Assembly (NCBI GenBank): GCA_963666215.2
Contig: CAXWPL010000005.1
Location: 640,001 to 704,000 of the forward strand
Direction: 5' to 3'
DNA: 64,000 nucleotides
From: Acidobacteriota bacterium
Lineage (GTDB): Bacteria > Acidobacteriota > UBA890 > WLXD01
Shown piece after piece: positions 20,106-30,170 of the stretch. Position numbers and translations under genes: made by a program. Under the pieces are notes generated by a model. It ran no database searches. It saw only the letters and a program-made list of their open reading frames with translations, and was not told where the DNA came from. Position 1 is the first letter of the stretch. Every line of letters starts with the position of its first letter.

Positions 20106-22439
20106 ATGACTACGCACGCCAAGAGTCCGGGAATTCCGGACCGAGCTCAGGTTCTGATGGCACGCTGGACGCTGCTGGTCGCCGCCGCCTACCTGGTGAT
20201 CTACGGCACCGTCGAGCCGATACCGGTCATGCATCAGCTGGCCGCGCTCGTGGCGCTGCTGTGCAGTCTTCTGGCCGGAACTCTGACCCTGTCGCGACCC
20301 ACAAGTCGCGCCCTGCGCGTGGTCGCCCCCGTCGCCGACATCGCCGCCGTTTCTGTAGCGATCGCCGTGGTGGGTGGCTCGATCGACGAGTTTCTGCTGT
20401 TCTTCTTCATTGTCGTCATGCTCGCCGGGATCAGCCAGCGACTCTGGCTGGCGACACTCGGTACAGCGCTGGTATGCGGCGTTTACGGGGGCCTCCTCTA
20501 TGCCCAAGGGGGACCGGAGTTCTGGCACGACACCCACACCATGATCCGGATCCCGTTTCTGTTCGCCGTCGGGATGTTCTTTGGAGCCGTCACCGACATC
20601 TCGCGAAACGAGACCGATCGAATCGTCGAGCTCTCGGACGCAACTCGCAAGATGGTGCATCGCTACCATCAGGTCGCCTCGGAGCGCGACCGCACCCAGG
20701 CACTGCTCGACATCGGTCAAATGGCCCTTTCGGCGGTGGACCCCGACGACGTGCTCGACAAGATCACTCGCAAGGTCCGCCAGACCGTCCGCGTGGCGCG
20801 GTGCTCGATGATCCTGTTCAACAACGGAGAGCGCCACGCGTACCTCGCCGCCTGCTCCGATCAGAAGGACACCGACGTGGTCCTCCTTCTGTCTCTGAAT
20901 CACTACCCCGAGCTCGAGCAAACTCTGGCGTCGGGAGAGATTACGGAGCTCTACCCGAACAAGCCGACCGACCTGTGGCAGAAGGTCGAAGGACATCTGC
21001 CCTCGGGACAATTCAACAGCCGCATGGTCATTCCGATACTTGAGGGCAACACGGTCGCCGGGGCGTTCTTCCTCCGCGACTCTCGGGAGAACTTCGCCTT
21101 CCACGACGACGAGAAGGTCTTCTGCCGCGCCGCCGCCCTGATGACCGCGACGTACCTGCAGGGACGCCATCTGGTCGAGGAGATGCGTCGTCGCACGCGA
21201 CTCGACGGTCTTACCGGCCTGCTCAACTACCAGAGTTTCCGTGAAGAGCTCGAGGCCGAGCTCGACGAGCGACGACGCGGCGACAACTCCAAGCCGTTGT
21301 CACTGGTGATGGTTGACGTCGACAATCTCAAGGTCATCAACGACCGCTACGGTCATAACGTTGGCAACAAGGTCATCGTCGAGGTGGGCAAGCGCCTGAA
21401 GCGAGCGGTGCCGATGGCGTCTTCGCTGTGCCGCTACGGTGGCGACGAGTTTTTCGCCGTCGTGCCACGCGACAAGGTCGAGACGATTGTCCGCATGGAA
21501 CGCATGCCCATCGAGCTCGAACACCTCACCGAAGCTGACGTTCCCTGCAAGGTGCAGGTGTCGATCGGCGTGGCGGGCTGGCCCGAGGACGGAGACCAAC
21601 CCGACACCCTGTCGGATGCCGCTGATCGCGCCATGTATATGGCCAAGAGCGAGGGTGGCAACTGTGCACACCCGGCCGGCGCGCTCGGAGAAGACGAGGG
21701 CAAGATCTTCGAGGCGGTCATCGCCGTGAACGCGCGGCGGCTGATCCCCGGCGAGACGAAAGCCTTCCGCCAGGTACTCAACGAACTGCTTCGCATGGAA
21801 GAACAGCAGCTTGACAGCGAGAATGTGCAGCAGTCGCTCGAGGCTCTCATGGAAGCGGTGGAGTCGAAGGACCGCTACACCAACACGCATTCGCACGAAG
21901 TCTCCGACCTTACGCGCGAAGTCGCCACGGCGATGGGAATGAGCGATCGCGAGTTGCTCGCGGTGGAGATGGCCGGCCTGGTTCACGACATCGGCAAGAT
22001 CGGTATCCCCGACGAAGTGCTGCAGAAGCCGGGAGCCCTCGATACCCGCGAGCGCATGCTCATCGAGCAACACCCCGAGATCGGAGCACAAATCCTGAAG
22101 CCACTGCCGGCGCTCAAGGACGTTGTGCCCCTCGTGCTACACCACCACGAGCGCTGGGACGGTGGGGGCTATCCGCACGGCCTCAAGGGCGACGAAATCC
22201 CGCTGGGGGCGCAGATCGTAGCCTTGTGCGACGTTTACCACGCTCTGACCTCCGATCGGTCGTATCGACCAGCGTTCAGCGAAGAAAAATCACGCGCGAT
22301 CATCAGAGACGGGATCGGCAGCGAATGGAACCCAGAGCTGATCGAGACCTTCTTCGCGGTCATCGACAGGCTGCAGGCCTCGAGCCCCGGTGCCGCCGCG
22401 CGCGCGCAACCCGCGCAGCCGCTGGCGCGCACCGCCTAG
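20106..22439 (+). CDS. Membrane-bound TM-GAF-GGDEF-HD-GYP cyclic-di-GMP enzyme
   Basis: DGLTGLLN, RYGGDEF, HDIGKIG, HHERWDGGGYP. Confidence 0.95.
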   Translation: MTTHAKSPGIPDRAQVLMARWTLLVAAAYLVIYGTVEPIPVMHQLAALVALLCSLLAGTLTLSRPTSRALRVVAPVADIAAVSVAIAVVGGSIDEFLLFFFIVVMLAGISQRLWLATLGTALVCGVYGGLLYAQGGPEFWHDTHTMIRIPFLFAVGMFFGAVTDISRNETDRIVELSDATRKMVHRYHQVASERDRTQALLDIGQMALSAVDPDDVLDKITRKVRQTVRVARCSMILFNNGERHAYLAACSDQKDTDVVLLLSLNHYPELEQTLASGEITELYPNKPTDLWQKVEGHLPSGQFNSRMVIPILEGNTVAGAFFLRDSRENFAFHDDEKVFCRAAALMTATYLQGRHLVEEMRRRTRLDGLTGLLNYQSFREELEAELDERRRGDNSKPLSLVMVDVDNLKVINDRYGHNVGNKVIVEVGKRLKRAVPMASSLCRYGGDEFFAVVPRDKVETIVRMERMPIELEHLTEADVPCKVQVSIGVAGWPEDGDQPDTLSDAADRAMYMAKSEGGNCAHPAGALGEDEGKIFEAVIAVNARRLIPGETKAFRQVLNELLRMEEQQLDSENVQQSLEALMEAVESKDRYTNTHSHEVSDLTREVATAMGMSDRELLAVEMAGLVHDIGKIGIPDEVLQKPGALDTRERMLIEQHPEIGAQILKPLPALKDVVPLVLHHHERWDGGGYPHGLKGDEIPLGAQIVALCDVYHALTSDRSYRPAFSEEKSRAIIRDGIGSEWNPELIETFFAVIDRLQASSPGAAARAQPAQPLARTA

Positions 22440-22467
22440 CAGACCACCGAGCTCTCAGACCCAATTG

Positions 22468-23541
22468 TCAGCTCGCCCCGCCCTCGGCCAGCTGCAGCGC
22501 CGCGCGCACGCGGGAGCTCATCACCACCTCTTCTCCAGGCTCGAAGCCGAAGTGTCGCCACACCAAACGACCACGGTCGTCGATGAGATACGTCGTCGGG
22601 GTGCCCATGACGCCATATCGCAGCGAGGCGACCTCTTGGGCAACGTCGAAGGCGGCCGGCACGTCGAAGCCGTTGTCCAAGTAGAAGGCTCGAGTGCCTT
22701 GCAGGTCGTTCGAGACGTCGATGGCGATGACCGACAGGCCGGCGGCAGCGTACTCGCGATGTAGGGAGTCGAGGTGAGGAAACTCCTCACGACAAGCGGC
22801 TCATGTTGGCGACCAGAAGTTCAGCAGCGTGACGCCCTCGCCGGGAACCAACGCGACAGTTTCTACCTGCAAGCCCGGAAGCTCGAACTCGGGTGCTGCC
22901 ACGAGGAACTTGTCGAGCTGCTGACGTCGCCACGACTCACCGCCTTCCACGCCCGCGGTTGGCGAAGTCGGCTCAGCTTGTTCCACGTAGGCCCATCGCA
23001 AGGCCTCCTGCAGCTGCGGCGAGCTGTCGACCACCGAAGCACGCACCAGCCACTCGGCGCCCGCGACATGATTTCCCGACAGCCAGTTCGCGAGGCCGAG
23101 CTGGTAGGGCAACGCGGCGTTCATGGGCAACCCGATGACGTCGGTGGGCAGAAGGCTGATTGCCCGCTGCAGCGCCGCCGCTGCAGCCACATGGTCGCCC
23201 AGCGCCAGGCGCGCCTCTCCCGCGAGCCGATGGAGCTCGGCACTACCGGCGGTCTCGGGGTATTCCAAGAACAGCGCCTCTACCAGCCGCAGGCGCTCGG
23301 CACCGGAGCTCGCCAGGATCGCACGCATGCGCGCTTGCGCCACGTCGGCGGTCAGCCGACCGGCGGCGCCACCGCCACTCTCGGCATCGAGCCGCCCCTC
23401 GGTATCGCGAAACTCGGTCGAGCGTGTGTCTTGATCGGGTAACTCGACCTCCTGCGGGCGAAGCAAATCGGCGTTCTGGCAGCCAGCGAGCACCACGGCG
23501 AGCGCCAGTGTCGGCAGGCAACGATGGATACGGATTCGCAT
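22468..23541 (-). CDS. Lipoprotein with TPR-like region and TlpA/ResA thioredoxin domain; probable selenoprotein (UGA 22801-22803 = Sec, UAAC motif), 357 aa
   Basis: Lipobox LAGC; frame continues through TGA as LLNFWSPT-U-AACREEFPHLDSLHREY...YGVMGTPTTYLIDDRG; SECIS-like hairpin follows. Confidence 0.88.
22768..22793 (-). promoter_or_regulatory. Candidate bacterial SECIS element
   Basis: mRNA GUC-GUGAGGA-GUU-UCCUCAC-(CUC)-GAC: 7-bp stem with a G-first loop starting 18 nt after the UGA. Confidence 0.75.
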
Positions 23542-23740
23542 TTCTCACCGCAGAAGGTCGTTGGGCGCGACCAGGAACTCCGTCATGCTACCGTGGCCGG
23601 CGTTCGAGGCGAGTCGATGTCGACAATCGAGAAAGCGCCGATCGCGTTCTCGGTGCGCATGTTGCGCTCGACGCGAGCGAACGCTGCCAGCCTCCACCCA
23701 CCCGGTTGCCGATCGTAGGTTCGCCCACGACGCAGTGTCA

Positions 23741-24283
23741 ATGCGACCAACCTCAACGCAGCCGAGCAGATCACAGCAGCTGGACCTGTTCGGCCCGCGC
23801 CCCGGCCAGCTCCGCCCGACGGCGCCCCTGCGAAAGCACCCTCGTCACCCGGGCCTTCTGCGCCGCGTCGAGACCTGCCTGGCACTGTTTCCCGAGCTCG
23901 ACGATACGACCATCACCGTGGGCATCACGCGCGCGGCCGACGGGCTCGCGATCTTCGAGACCTTCACCGTGCGGTTCGACCTGCGCCGCCGGCTCCCCAC
24001 GCACTACGTGGTAGCCCACGAGCTCACGCACCTGCTGCAGGCGCTGTCATTGATCCCGGGAGGAGAAGTGCAGTGCGACATCTGGACGCTGGCGCGCCAC
24101 CCGCTCTTTCTCGATGAAGTGCCGTGCTATCTGCCCCTCCCCAAGAAGCTGCACGCCAACTGGCCGCGGCACGCGCAGAACGTGGCCCACTGGTGTCGGC
24201 AGGCCATCGAAGTTCGACCGTCGCACCGCACCTACATCCGCTGGCTCGGCGCCCGCCTCAACGAGCTCGCCGCCGGCGTCTGA
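23741..24283 (+). CDS. Small putative zinc metallopeptidase (HExxH plus downstream Glu) with N-terminal QLDLF motif
   Basis: VVAHELTHLL followed by GEVQCD; QQLDLF near the N-terminus; start inferred. Confidence 0.7.
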   Translation: MRPTSTQPSRSQQLDLFGPRPGQLRPTAPLRKHPRHPGLLRRVETCLALFPELDDTTITVGITRAADGLAIFETFTVRFDLRRRLPTHYVVAHELTHLLQALSLIPGGEVQCDIWTLARHPLFLDEVPCYLPLPKKLHANWPRHAQNVAHWCRQAIEVRPSHRTYIRWLGARLNELAAGV

Positions 24284-24389
24284 GCCGCGAGTCTCAGCGC
24301 TCGCGATGTTGGGAAGATGATTTTTCCCGGTCTGGACGCGGAGAGCTCGAGAGACATGAACTGGGGAGGGACGGGCCGGAGGGGCGAGC

Positions 24390-24424
24390 GGGGCGACACC
24401 TCCCCTAGGAGCAGGTGTCGCCCC
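24390..24424. terminator. Perfect 12-bp GC hairpin between convergent genes
   Basis: GGGGCGACACCT / AGGTGTCGCCCC with an 11-nt loop; no clear U tract. Confidence 0.5.
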
Positions 24425-24497
24425 CGCGCCCCACCCTCGACGCTCAATCACAAGCGAACAGCAACTGATTGATGCGCCTCGCGTCGGATCGAGGTCG

Positions 24498-25637
24498 CTA
24501 GCAACCGGCCGGAAACACCAGAGGCTCAGGCGCTCGAAGACGGATGCGCACCGGCGTCCCCACGGGCAACCCCGCCGACCCGGATAGCCGAACACATACG
24601 AGCGTGCCGTCGTCCATCTTCACGTCCTCAACGATGTCGTGCCCATAGAAGCGCTGCCGCACCACCCTGCCGCGAGCGCCGCGATCGGCCTCCGTGGCCC
24701 AGAACATCAGCAGATCTTCCGGGCGTACGAGCACAAGGCCGTCGAAAGGCTCGCGCGAGCTCCCGGCCGGGTAGTCGAGCTCGCCGAGCGCACAGGTCAG
24801 GAGTCGTCCCTCGACGCGGCAAGGCAGAAGCTGGCCGGCGCGAATAATACGAGCGACCTCGGCGCTGGCCGGACGCCGGTACAGCTCGCCTGGAGTGCCC
24901 GCCTGCAAGATGCGACCGTCGCTCATCACCACGACACGATCGGCGAAGCTGAACGCCACCTCGTGGTCGTGGGTCACCAGGATCGCGGTTGTACCGCTGC
25001 GATCGAGAACACCGCGCACGTCGTCACGCACCTGCTCGCGAAGCGCCGGATCGAGGCTGGCGAACGGCTCGTCGAGCAGCACGATTGCGGGCTCCGCCGC
25101 GAGCGCTCGGGCCAACGCGATGCGTTGCTGTTCGCCACCCGACAGCTCGTCGGGATAACGATCGCGATAGGCGCGAAGGCCGACGAGCCCCAAAATCTCG
25201 TCGATGCGGCCTTCGCGCTCATTACCCCGACCGACACCGTAGCCGACGTTGCCGGCGACCGTCATTGTGGGGAACAAGGCGTTCTCTTGAAAGACCATAC
25301 CCACGCGCCTCGACTCGGGAGGCACGGACACGCCCGGCCCGGCCACGGTACGACCGGCGATGACGATCGAGCCGGCCGACGGCGCCTCGAAGCCCGCAAC
25401 GGCACGCAGCAGGCTTGTCTTGCCGCAGCCGCTCGGGCCGACGAGCGCGGTCACCTGCCCGTCGGGAACGTCCAGGTCGACGCCCCGCACCGCTACCGTG
25501 GCGCCAAAGCGGACCTCGAGACCGCGGACACGGAGATCTCGGTCCGCCGTCTCGGCCGGCTCTTCGGCCTGGCGCGAGTCGATCGAAACGGGGTCCTCAA
25601 CTCGGCCCCGGTCGGCATCAGCCCTTGGGGTTGTCAC
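24498..25637 (-). CDS. Fe3+ ABC transporter ATP-binding protein (FbpC/AfuC-like)
   Basis: GPSGCGKT, LSGGEQQR, LLDEPF; GTGA overlap with the permease stop. Confidence 0.9.
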   Translation of the reverse strand: MTTPRADADRGRVEDPVSIDSRQAEEPAETADRDLRVRGLEVRFGATVAVRGVDLDVPDGQVTALVGPSGCGKTSLLRAVAGFEAPSAGSIVIAGRTVAGPGVSVPPESRRVGMVFQENALFPTMTVAGNVGYGVGRGNEREGRIDEILGLVGLRAYRDRYPDELSGGEQQRIALARALAAEPAIVLLDEPFASLDPALREQVRDDVRGVLDRSGTTAILVTHDHEVAFSFADRVVVMSDGRILQAGTPGELYRRPASAEVARIIRAGQLLPCRVEGRLLTCALGELDYPAGSSREPFDGLVLVRPEDLLMFWATEADRGARGRVVRQRFYGHDIVEDVKMDDGTLVCVRLSGSAGLPVGTPVRIRLRAPEPLVFPAGC

Positions 25638-27214
25638 ACGCGATCCGCAAGGGCTGGGCGGATCACCAGACCGTAGATGGGTAGCACCGAGGCCGCCACC
25701 AGCAGCAGGGCGGGCACGGACGCCTGCGCGTAGAAGCCCTCGGCCGCGTTGCCCCAGATCTCTGTCGCCAGGGTGTCGTAGCCAGTTGGCCGTAGAATCA
25801 ACGTCGCCGGTAGCTCCTTCATGATGGTCAGGAACACCAGCCCGGCGCCCGCAACGAGCCCCGGCCGAATCATGGGCAAGGTCACCGTACGAAGTACCTC
25901 GGCAGGCCGCCGGCCCAGGCCACGAGCCGCTTCCTCGAAGCGCGGCGAAACCGCCGCCAGCGCCGTCTGGCAGGCCGCAATGGCCTGTGGCAAGAAACGG
26001 ATGACATAGGCAGCGACGAGCAGTGGCAACGTCTGGTATACGAAAGGCACCGCGCGAATCGACACAAAGACGATCGCCAACGCCACCACGATCCCCGGAA
26101 GCGCGTAACCGGAATGCGTCAGGGTGCCGACGGCGGTCGCCCAGCGGCTCGGCTGGCGAACGACCCAGATGGAGACAGGCAGGGCCAATAGCACGGTCGA
26201 CGCGGCGCCCACCACCGACACCGACAGCGAGTTGCGCAACGGCGCCCACACCGACTCTGCCTCCACTCCGGCGATCAACCCGCGCACCCCCCAGCCTCCC
26301 ACAACGAGCACCGGCACTCCAAGCGTGACGGCAACCAGCAGCGCCATGCCAACAAGGCAGGGCCAGCGCCAGCGCCCCAGCTCCACCGTGCTAGCTCGCC
26401 GCTGCGGGTACGGCGGCAGCGGCCGTGATTGGCGACGAAACCAGCTCTCGCAGCCGACGATAGCGAGTGTCAGAACCACAAGAACGCAGCCGAGAGCCGC
26501 GGCGACCGATCGATCGAAGAGCGCGCGGTAGGCCGTGTAGATCGACAGCGTGAAGGTTGGGTATCTGACAATCGAAACGGCACCGAAATCGGAGAGCGTG
26601 TAGAGAGCAACGAGCAGTCCCCCAGCCGAGATCGCCGGAGCCAGTGAGGGCAGCACAACGCGGAAGAAAGTCGACCAGCGGCCGGATCCCAGGCTGCGGG
26701 CCGTTTCCTCGAGAGCTGGATCAATTCGCCTCAGGCGAGCCAGCGTGAGCAGGTACAGATAGGGGTAGTTGAAGAGCGTCAACGCCGCGAGCGCCCCGCC
26801 GTATCCGTAGACCATCGCCGGCAGGCGATCCACGCCGAACGGCTCGAGCCAACCCTGGAGCCCGCCGCGCGGCCCGAAGGCGACCACCAGCGAAAACGCC
26901 GCCACGTACGACGGAACCACCAGCGGTAGCGCCGCCAGAAGCGCCCAAAGCCGCCGGCCCGGAAGGTCGGTGCGCGCTACCAGCCATGCGGCGGGCACCG
27001 CGATGAGCACCGATGCAACCACCACACCTACGACCAGTGCCAGCGTCCGCCACAGAAGGGCCCCGAGCGACGACGACAACAGGACCGCGACAAACGCTTT
27101 GGGGCCGGAGTCGAAGCCGCGCAAGATCAGGTAAAGCAACGGCACGTTCGCGGCCGCGGCCACGCACACTGCAATAACCCGCAGCCAGCGCGGCAAGCCG
27201 CCAATGGCACGCAC
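25634..27214 (-). CDS. Fe3+ ABC transporter permease (FbpB/AfuB-like)
   Basis: Two EAA loops (LEETARSLG, FEEAARGLG), LSDFGAV, MKELPATL. Confidence 0.93.
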   Translation of the reverse strand: MRAIGGLPRWLRVIAVCVAAAANVPLLYLILRGFDSGPKAFVAVLLSSSLGALLWRTLALVVGVVVASVLIAVPAAWLVARTDLPGRRLWALLAALPLVVPSYVAAFSLVVAFGPRGGLQGWLEPFGVDRLPAMVYGYGGALAALTLFNYPYLYLLTLARLRRIDPALEETARSLGSGRWSTFFRVVLPSLAPAISAGGLLVALYTLSDFGAVSIVRYPTFTLSIYTAYRALFDRSVAAALGCVLVVLTLAIVGCESWFRRQSRPLPPYPQRRASTVELGRWRWPCLVGMALLVAVTLGVPVLVVGGWGVRGLIAGVEAESVWAPLRNSLSVSVVGAASTVLLALPVSIWVVRQPSRWATAVGTLTHSGYALPGIVVALAIVFVSIRAVPFVYQTLPLLVAAYVIRFLPQAIAACQTALAAVSPRFEEAARGLGRRPAEVLRTVTLPMIRPGLVAGAGLVFLTIMKELPATLILRPTGYDTLATEIWGNAAEGFYAQASVPALLLVAASVLPIYGLVIRPALADRV

Positions 27215-27251
27215 CCTCAGCGGCCTGCGCCAACGGTCATCGCGTCACCGC

Positions 27252-28310
27252 TCAGGGAACGAGTCCGCTCTCGCGGATGAGCCGGAGCGCATCTGCGAGC
27301 GCCGCGCCCACCTGCTGGAAGTTGATGTCGGGTGTCCGCAGCTCGGCCATCGGCTGCAGCCCCGGGCTCGGGTTGATACCCGCGGCGAGTGGGTATTCGA
27401 ACGTCTCGCTGGCGAAGTATTCCTGACCCTCGCGCCCAAGCAGATACTCCACGAGCGCCATCGCCTCTGTGGAGTCGCGGACGACGGCCACCCCGGCGAC
27501 GTTGACGAACGAGGAGGCGTCGCCCAGTGGCATGAAGAAGTTGGCCGCCGGCGCATCGGGCTGCTGAACCATGGCCTGCCATAGGTAGTAATGATTGGTC
27601 AGTCCCCAGTCGATCTCGCCGGCGATCGTTGCGCGCACAATCGCGCTGTTGCCGTCATAGGTAGCCGGTTCGTTCGCCACGATGCCGGCGAGCAACTCGG
27701 CGAGAGCGTCCATTCCGTTGGCCACGCCGTACACGGCCATGTGCGCCTGAAACGACGCGTTGGTGGGAGCCAGCCCGAAGAGCCCCCGATAATGTGGGTC
27801 GGTCACATCCTCGAGCCGCTGCGGCAGATCGTCAGGCGTGACTCGCTCGGTGTTGTAGACCACCACACGCGGCCGGCCCGACAGGCCCAACCAGCGACCG
27901 TCGGGGGCGCGGAAGCGCGACTCCACGGTCTGCAGGAGAGCATCGGGTAGCGTCACGGCCAGGCCTGCCTCGGCCAGCGCCCCCAACGCGCCGCCGTCCT
28001 GTCCAATGAAGACGTCCGCCGGACTCGCCTCGCCCTCTTCCATCAAGGTGGCCGCCATCTCGGCGGTGCCACCGTAGCGTACCTGCGTCGGGATGCCGGT
28101 CGCTTCGGTAAAACGAGCGACGATGGGGCCGATCAACCGCTCGGCGCGGCCCGAGTAGATCGTCAAGGAGCGCGGCGACTCGACACTCGGCTCCTCGGAA
28201 CCGGTTCCGCAGGCGACGGCACCGATCAGCATCGAAGCCGTGATCAAAACGCGCGCGCGGCGTGAGCTCGTGGACAGGCGCACCCCTTCCTGGGGCCGCG
28301 AATTCAGCAT
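27252..28310 (-). CDS. Fe3+ ABC transporter substrate-binding lipoprotein (FbpA/FutA-like)
   Basis: AVAC lipobox, LTIYSGR, SPADVF, LTNHYYL iron-ligand tyrosines, FEYP. Confidence 0.92.
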   Translation of the reverse strand: MLNSRPQEGVRLSTSSRRARVLITASMLIGAVACGTGSEEPSVESPRSLTIYSGRAERLIGPIVARFTEATGIPTQVRYGGTAEMAATLMEEGEASPADVFIGQDGGALGALAEAGLAVTLPDALLQTVESRFRAPDGRWLGLSGRPRVVVYNTERVTPDDLPQRLEDVTDPHYRGLFGLAPTNASFQAHMAVYGVANGMDALAELLAGIVANEPATYDGNSAIVRATIAGEIDWGLTNHYYLWQAMVQQPDAPAANFFMPLGDASSFVNVAGVAVVRDSTEAMALVEYLLGREGQEYFASETFEYPLAAGINPSPGLQPMAELRTPDINFQQVGAALADALRLIRESGLVP

Positions 28311-28574
28311 GACGTCGGTCTCTCCGTGTGGCTGTGCTGAGCGGCTGGGTCCTCTAGTGAGAGAGCCGGACGCCGAGAAGAATCGTACGGGTGAGATCCT
28401 GGCCTCGCCGCGGCCGGTCGACGGGCGGCGATACGGCTGGTGTTGGGCAGGTTACGCACGGTGGAATGCAGCGCGGCGCTACCGCTGAGCTTTGCGACAA
28501 GAACGCCATCCTTCATGAGTGTGATCCTAGACGAGCGCTCTACGCCCGAGCGACGCTTCGTCATGACCATGGTC

Positions 28575-29189
28575 TCAGTCACTGACGTGGACCTCGATCA
28601 CACGCTGCCGCGCTCGCTGTGCCTCGGACGTTCCGGCGCACGCGTCGCAGTAGCCGTACAACTGCACACTCTGACGCGCCAGCCAAAAGCGGTGCTCACG
28701 GACGTTGCGCTGCAGCAACTCGGCCAGGTCGGGATCGAACCACTCGGTCACGCCACCGCAATGCAGGCAGATCATGTGTTCGTGCTGCCGCCGAGCGAGG
28801 ACGCGTTCGTAGTAGTACTGCTCGGTTCCGAGCCGCACACGCCGCGCCAGGCCCGCCTGCACGATGAGCTCGAGCGTGCGGTAGATCGTTGCCCGAGAAA
28901 CGCGCGAGCCTGCCTGCCGCAACCGTAGTAACAGCTCCTCCACCTCGATGTGGGAACGCACGCGGTAAAACTCGGCGAGAATCGCCTGCCGCTCGACAGT
29001 TAGCTTGAGACCGTTGTCCCGCAAGAAGGTCGCGAACCGCGACCCCGCCAAACGTCGCTGCTCGGCCGGCCCCGGGCCCTCCGAGGTCGACCGAGAACGT
29101 TCGGCGCGTCCGCTACTTTCAGCCACCACGTTTCTTCTCGGCGTAGAGGTCGAAGCTATCGGCTCGTATGAGCGCTGGGTCTGTGCCAA
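28575..29189 (-). CDS. fur: Fur-family transcriptional regulator
   Basis: GLKLTVERQAIL, VSRATIYRTLEL, HEHMICLHCG, YGYCDAC; start uncertain. Confidence 0.9.
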   Translation of the reverse strand: MAQTQRSYEPIASTSTPRRNVVAESSGRAERSRSTSEGPGPAEQRRLAGSRFATFLRDNGLKLTVERQAILAEFYRVRSHIEVEELLLRLRQAGSRVSRATIYRTLELIVQAGLARRVRLGTEQYYYERVLARRQHEHMICLHCGGVTEWFDPDLAELLQRNVREHRFWLARQSVQLYGYCDACAGTSEAQRARQRVIEVHVSD

Positions 29190-29202
29190 CGACTATCGCT
29201 AT

Positions 29203-29217
29203 TGAGACTCAGTCTCA
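29203..29217. promoter_or_regulatory. Perfect 7-1-7 inverted repeat, putative Fur operator
   Basis: TGAGACT-C-AGTCTCA, overlapping a minus-strand TTGCGC-17bp-CTCAAT promoter-like sequence just upstream of fur. Confidence 0.75.
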
Positions 29218-29270
29218 GCGCGGGCGCAAGCGTACGCCTCGACGTAACTCTCTGCAAGCTTCCACGAGTC

Positions 29271-30170
29271 CTAGAGCAGGCCCTGGGTACGCAGCTCGGC
29301 GTAGACATGAAACGCCACCAGGCCGCGGTAGTTGCCCCATGGCTCGGCAAAGCGCTCGGCCGTCGCCAAATCGACCTCTTTCTTGTGGTCGTAGCTTCGA
29401 CGAATCCAACCTCGGACGGCCGGATCGGCTGAAGGGAACGCATCCAGGCGTCCGTAGCCAATGAGCGCGGTGAGTTGCCCGCCGAGCAACCCGACTCCCG
29501 GCAACGTGGAAAGGCGTTCCACGATCACCGACGTGGGCGCGCGCGCGAGCCGCACGAGCTCCACGCGGCCCGCCATCGCCGCCTGTGCCAGCGACTGAAG
29601 GTTGGTGGCCTGCTCCAGCGTGACATCGCCGTGCACGAGCTCCTCAGGGGCGGCACGCGCCAGGGCGCGTGCACCGGGGAACGAATAGAACGTGTCACCG
29701 GCGTAGGCCACCTTGTAGCCGACGGCTAGGGCGAGCTCCGAGAGGCTGGTGCTGAACGCGTGCCGTTCGCTGCCGCGGCACACCGACATCACCAGAGCTT
29801 CGAACGGGTGCATCCGCTGCGACGGCTTGAGGCCGTAGTAGTCGGACGACATTCCGTACACTTCCTGGTCGCCACGGCAAAGCGCGTAGAACGGACGCAG
29901 GTCGTACGACAAGCCCAGCATGCGTGTCAGCAACGAAACAACCCCGGGCTCGTCACGCTCCGTTCCGTTCATCAGCGTGACGATGAGCTCCGGGCGCTTG
30001 TCGGTGCCGAGGCTGCTGACGAGCGCCAGGCGCATGCGTCCGCTGATTTCGAGAAGCCGGGTGTAGCGCTTGCCGTCGAAGACGTCGACCAGCTCGCCGG
30101 GCCGCGGCGACAAGAAGCTCGCTGTTGCCTCGAAGTTGAAGGGCGGCGGGGGGCGGAGTCGGAACTCATG
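29271..30170 (-). CDS. alkA: DNA-3-methyladenine glycosylase II (AlkA family)
   Basis: AlkA_N-like start, PFEALV, FPGARALA, HhH LPGVG, DAFPSAD, WGNYRG. Confidence 0.85.
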   Translation of the reverse strand, partial: HEFRLRPPPPFNFEATASFLSPRPGELVDVFDGKRYTRLLEISGRMRLALVSSLGTDKRPELIVTLMNGTERDEPGVVSLLTRMLGLSYDLRPFYALCRGDQEVYGMSSDYYGLKPSQRMHPFEALVMSVCRGSERHAFSTSLSELALAVGYKVAYAGDTFYSFPGARALARAAPEELVHGDVTLEQATNLQSLAQAAMAGRVELVRLARAPTSVIVERLSTLPGVGLLGGQLTALIGYGRLDAFPSADPAVRGWIRRSYDHKKEVDLATAERFAEPWGNYRGLVAFHVYAELRTQGLL

